In this document: positions 59,735 to 64,000 of the stretch, piece after piece
How positions within the stretch are numbered: position 1 is the stretch's first letter
Layout of the letters: every line of letters starts with the position of its first letter
Assembly: GCA_030390025.1 (NCBI GenBank)
Contig: CM059432.1
Span: 62,622,001-62,686,000, forward strand
Origin: Squalus acanthias
Taxonomy: Eukaryota
Reading direction: 5' to 3'
Length of the DNA: 64,000 nucleotides
Notes under the pieces: generated by a model
Seen by the model: the letters and a program-made list of their open reading frames with translations, nothing else
Database searches by the model: none
Told to the model about the DNA's origin: nothing
Position numbers and translations under genes: made by a program

Positions 59735-61253
59735 GAGCCTAGGGTTCTAAAAAGTGGCTGCAGAGATAGTGGATGCATTGGTTGTGATTTTCCAAAATTC
59801 CCTAGATTCTAGAATGGTTCCAGCGGATTGAAAGGTCGCAAATGTAACCCTGCTATTCAAGAAAGGAGGGAGAGAGAAAACAGGGAACTACAGGCCAGTT
59901 AGCCTGACATCAGTCATTGGGAAAATGCTGGAATCCATTATTAAGGAAGTGGTAGCAGGACACTTAGAAAATCATAATATGGTTAGGCAGAGTCAACATG
60001 GTTTTATGAAAGGGAAATCATGTTTAACAAATTTATTAGAGTTTTTTGAGGATGTAACTAACAGGGTAAATAAAGGGGAACCAGTGGATGTAATGTATTT
60101 GGATTTCCAAAAGGCATTCGATATGGTGCCACATAAAAGCTTTCTACGCAAGATAAGGGCTCATGGGGTTGGGGGTAATATATTAGTATGGATCGAGGAT
60201 TGGTTAATGGACAGAAAACAGAGAGTAGGGATAATGGGTCATTTTCCGTTTGGCAGGCTGTAACTAGTAGGGTACCGCAAGGATCAGTGCTTGGGCCTCA
60301 GCTATTTACAATCTATATTAATGACTTGGATGAAGGGTCCGAGTGCAACGTATCAAAGATTGTTGACGATACAAAGCTAGGTGGGAAAGTAAGCTGTGAG
60401 GAGGACACAAAGCGCCTGCAAAGGGATATAGATAGACTAAGTGAGTGGGCAAGAAGGTGGCAGATGGATTATAATGTAGGGAAATGTGAGGTGATTCACT
60501 TTGGTTGGAAGAATAGAAAAGCAGAATATTTTTTAAATGGTGAGAAACTATTAAATGTTGGTGTTCAGAGAGATTTTGGTGCCCTCGTACAGGAAACACA
60601 GCGAGGTAGCATGTAGGTACAGCAAGCAATTAGGAAGGCCAATGGCATGTTGGCCTTTATTGCAAGGGGTTTGGAGTACAAGAGCAAGGAAGTACAGGGC
60701 TTTGGTGAGACCACACCTGGTGTACTGTGCACAGTTTTGGTCTCCTTATCTGAGAAAGGACATACATGCCTTCGAGGCGGTGCAACGAAGGTTCATTAGA
60801 TTGAACCCTGGGATGAGAGGGTTGTCCTATGGGGAGAGATTGAGTAGATTGGGCCGATACTCTCTGGAGTTTAGATGATCTCATTGAAACATATAAGATT
60901 CTGAGGGGGATTGACAGGGTAGATGCTGAGAGGTTGTTTCCCCTGGCTGGAGTGTTTAGAACTAGGGGGCATAGTCTCAGGATAAGTGGTCAGCCATTTA
61001 AGACTGAGATGAGGAATTTCTTCACTCAGAGGGTTGTGAATCTTTGGAATTCTCAACCCGAAAGGGCTGTGAATGCTGAGTCATTGAGAATATTCAAGGC
61101 TGAGATAGATAGACTTTTGGACTCTAGGGGAATCGAGGGATATGTTGATTGGGTGGGAAAGTGGAGTTGAGGTCGAAGATCAGCCATGATCTTTTTGCAT
61201 GGCGGAGCAGGCTCAAAGGGCCGTATGGTCCTAATTCTTATGTTCTTATGTTC
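59735..61253 (+). mobile_element. CR1 LINE, 5'-truncated, frameshifted
   Basis: [37 protein letters not shown]; (TTCTTATG)n tail. Confidence 0.93.
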
Positions 61254-62831
61254 TGAGAGCAAGGGGAAGAGCCTCGCAAGAAAAGTCAGTGTCTCCTGCC
61301 CTGCACTCCATCCTCTTCCCTCCTGTGAGATCCTCCTGAATCCCCATCCCCACCACTTACCTGGAAGCTGAGGACGCCCAAGGGCTGCCCAATCTTCGCC
61401 TGCTAGAATCTGCTTTGTGCCTTCTTTCCGCTTGTCTCGGGCAGGAAGTTGACTGGCGGTATTTAACTGAGGCCCAGCGGTTAAAAATGCCATGGCCTCC
61501 TGCTGCCTCTAGGAAGAAAATGAACTCCGCAGAAACACGCTCAGAGTTAAATTCCACCACTGAGATTTTTTTCAGACTGTGTTCGTGAGAATGGTCAAAG
61601 AATGGGTTGAATAATACCAAATAGCCAGAAGTGTAATTATAGCATGATAGGCGAAACACATTCTAAATGTGAACTGCCTTTAATCTTTTGATAAACTGCC
61701 TAATTCAACTTAGAGAGCTCCTGCAGCTTGTACAGGGCTGGACTTTAATGGATGTCTTGCATGAACACAGTTCTGTGATTCCCCTGGTCTACAGACTCAT
61801 TTGATTTTTGTGGTGGTTGAATTCAACAGTTCATACTAGCAATTGTCCTGGGAAGGTGCAACACCGCTTTCACTTTAAACGTTACAAAAACACATTAATA
61901 ACAAATGGCATATACGTAGCATAATGGCAGGGAAAATTAGAGCACTATGAAAGGATCTCTTGACAAGTACAATGGAATAGTTGATTTCTGCATCAAATTA
62001 GTCAAAAGTACCAGACGTTTTTATTTTCCATTTTGGCTCCAATAGTTTCTACCTACTTGCCAGTATTTATTTATGGCTGCATCCCAAGTAATCATAGTTC
62101 TTCTGTACAAATTGTTCAACACACAGATACAGTAGAAAGGTGTTGTCCATAAACAGCAACTGTAAAAGCAACTGGGAAATGCTTCTGGCCACATTGATGC
62201 CTACATTGCCTTGAAATAGTAATTGAGGCCGCGCAGTATGTCAAAATTCTGGCAGTTTAAGGTGCTTTGCGGGGAGCTGCACCCACCAGAATTGTGTATC
62301 AGAAATTTTGATGCATTATTTTCCAACCATTTGAAATTAATAGTAGGAAAGGGATGCCCAAATTTCCAATATGCAGTCCCAATGGGTGAGGCTCCCTTCC
62401 CTGCCAGTAGTGCGAAGTTGGATTATTACTCCTTATTTATCACTGGCACACCCAACCTTTCCTTTCTAGGTCAATTGATACATTCACTGGAACCTGCCTT
62501 CATGGAATTTATGATTCAAATTTGCGACTGATTTTCATAAAAAGTCTATGTTTTTATAGATTAAATAATGTCGTACATCTCAGAGTGCAAATGATCTGAT
62601 AAAACACTCAATGGTTATTTTGGGGTAGGAATATGTAATGATATAGTAAATACATTTGAGAAGTTCTCCTCTGTTCAGTATTTCCAGTAAAATCGTAAAT
62701 GTGTTTTTTAAAAGGATGTGTCTTATGATTTTACTAGAAATAGCAAACAGAAAAATCCTCATGAACACATTTGCAATATAATTATGGACAGCATTCAGAG
62801 AAATTTATACCCATATTTGTAAAATCTTTAG

Positions 62832-64000
62832 TCCCGAATTTAAAACCTCGCACATGAGAGGAAAAGGACGTGTGTGGGGGTGGGGGGGGGGGAGGGGGTG
62901 GGTGTTAAGATAGCGGCAGCGTGGTGCTCACTGCATTCGAGCTAACTTCGCATTGCTCACCATTTTAACTGGCATGCTATGGGCAACATGTCAGGCCCTC
63001 GCCCCAGACAGGCTTAGGGCAGTGATAAAAACAGAAAGTGCTGGAAACACTCAGCAGGTCAGGCAGCATCGAGGAGAGAGAAACAGAGTCAAGGTTTCGG
63101 GTCGAACCATGTTGGGTGCTCCCCCCTCGGTCTTTTTCCTCTCTTTTGTTATGTGTACTGCAGTAAGACAGGGTGAGAGTTAATGAGTGTCTGTTGAGAA
63201 GGTCAGTGGAGATGTGTGGGGCTTGTGCATATAGTAGATGTGATGAGAGGTGTAGAAGAAGCAAGGTGGATTGATGATGGGGAAGTGATGAATGTAAAGG
63301 AAATGTGTATAATGTGAAGTGAGTTAAGAGTGGTGCGAGGAGTTGGTGGTTGTGTGAGTGAGAAGTAAATGGAGCTAGTGTGTGGTATGAGGAGAGGAAA
63401 GGAAGAGGTGAACGTGCTTGTAATGAGGAAGAGAGGTGTTGAAGTGTGCCCTTGTGATAGCATGTCGAAGGGTGTGATGGAGTGGAAGAAATTGTTGAGA
63501 CTGGTGGGGGAAGGGGTGAAAGAAGTGTTTGAAGTGCTGCTGAGAGAGGTGGAGAGATGAAGAGGTGTATTCACCCTTGCTGCTCTCATGAGTCCATTAC
63601 ATTTCTTTCAGCATTGCAGCTATGTGTTGGAGGTAATGCTGGTGGCATTGACCCTGTCCGTGACCTCTGTCCAGGCTTGGATCACTGTTTCTCTTGGGAC
63701 CCTCCTGCAAAGAGGAGGACCTCCCGCCTTGCCCTCATTCTCCTCAATTAAAACCTCTTGGGAGACATCTGCAAATTGGAGTGGGGGGCATCTCTTCTGC
63801 TCAGCTCTCTCGCTGTCTTTCTGTCAGGTGCTGCAGTTTAGGGAAAGGCTTGCTCCAGACCAGTCAAATTACGTTGCCCAGCAGAAACTGAAAGCGAGGA
63901 TGTAACCTCGCTTTAAGAGGTGCGTCCCCGCTTTAAATACTATTCAAAAAGTGGAGCCGTAAGTAGCGTGCGAGAGTCTGGCAGGCTGCCCGATTTATGC
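62832..64000 (-). mobile_element. Harbinger-type element remnant with a Myb/SANT-like ORF fragment (~63560-63790)
   Basis: Minus-strand WTEVTDRVNAT...QCxKK.N-like remnant and family-typical CTTTAAGAG/TTTAAATA subterminal motifs; truncated by the window end. Confidence 0.5.

Noticed and set aside
53732..64000. Searched for the next CLC exon (CBS1 domain, phase 2)
   Set aside because: No convincing acceptor plus CBS-like frame was found by eye; it probably lies beyond the window, though a short exon could have been missed.
1..64000. Prokaryotic-type systems (operons, CRISPR, defence islands)
   Set aside because: The sequence is clearly intron-rich vertebrate DNA; no such features were seen.

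Overview
Eukaryotic, vertebrate genomic DNA. The repeat repertoire (CR1 and L2 LINEs, tRNA-derived Deu-type SINEs, abundant PIF/Harbinger elements, shark-type NLR fragment) points to a cartilaginous fish; this is an inference. The window lies inside one large + strand gene. Ten GT-AG-bounded exons (1223-53731) join into an open 509-codon frame encoding the membrane domain of a CLC-family Cl-/H+ transporter of the CLC-6/7 branch ('chloride channel protein C-like'). It has non-canonical pore motifs (PSGLPE, GPEGP, GLVIP) but keeps both glutamates and the central Tyr. I found no start exon or CBS-domain exons, so they probably lie outside the window. The introns are packed with transposons. The most striking is a complete, very young Gypsy LTR retrotransposon (25040-29480) with identical 194-bp LTRs, a GGTAG target-site duplication and one intact 1318-aa gag-pol ORF. 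It lacks a tRNA primer-binding site and instead has an 11-nt PBS complementary to its own LTR (candidate self-priming), and its RT motif is YLDN instead of YxDD. A diverged solo LTR of a sister family retains the same motif. Other notable items: an NLR immune-gene exon plus intron fragment embedded in a TIR element, a Penelope-type minimal hammerhead ribozyme relic, and a 3.3-kb three-zone G-rich tandem array.
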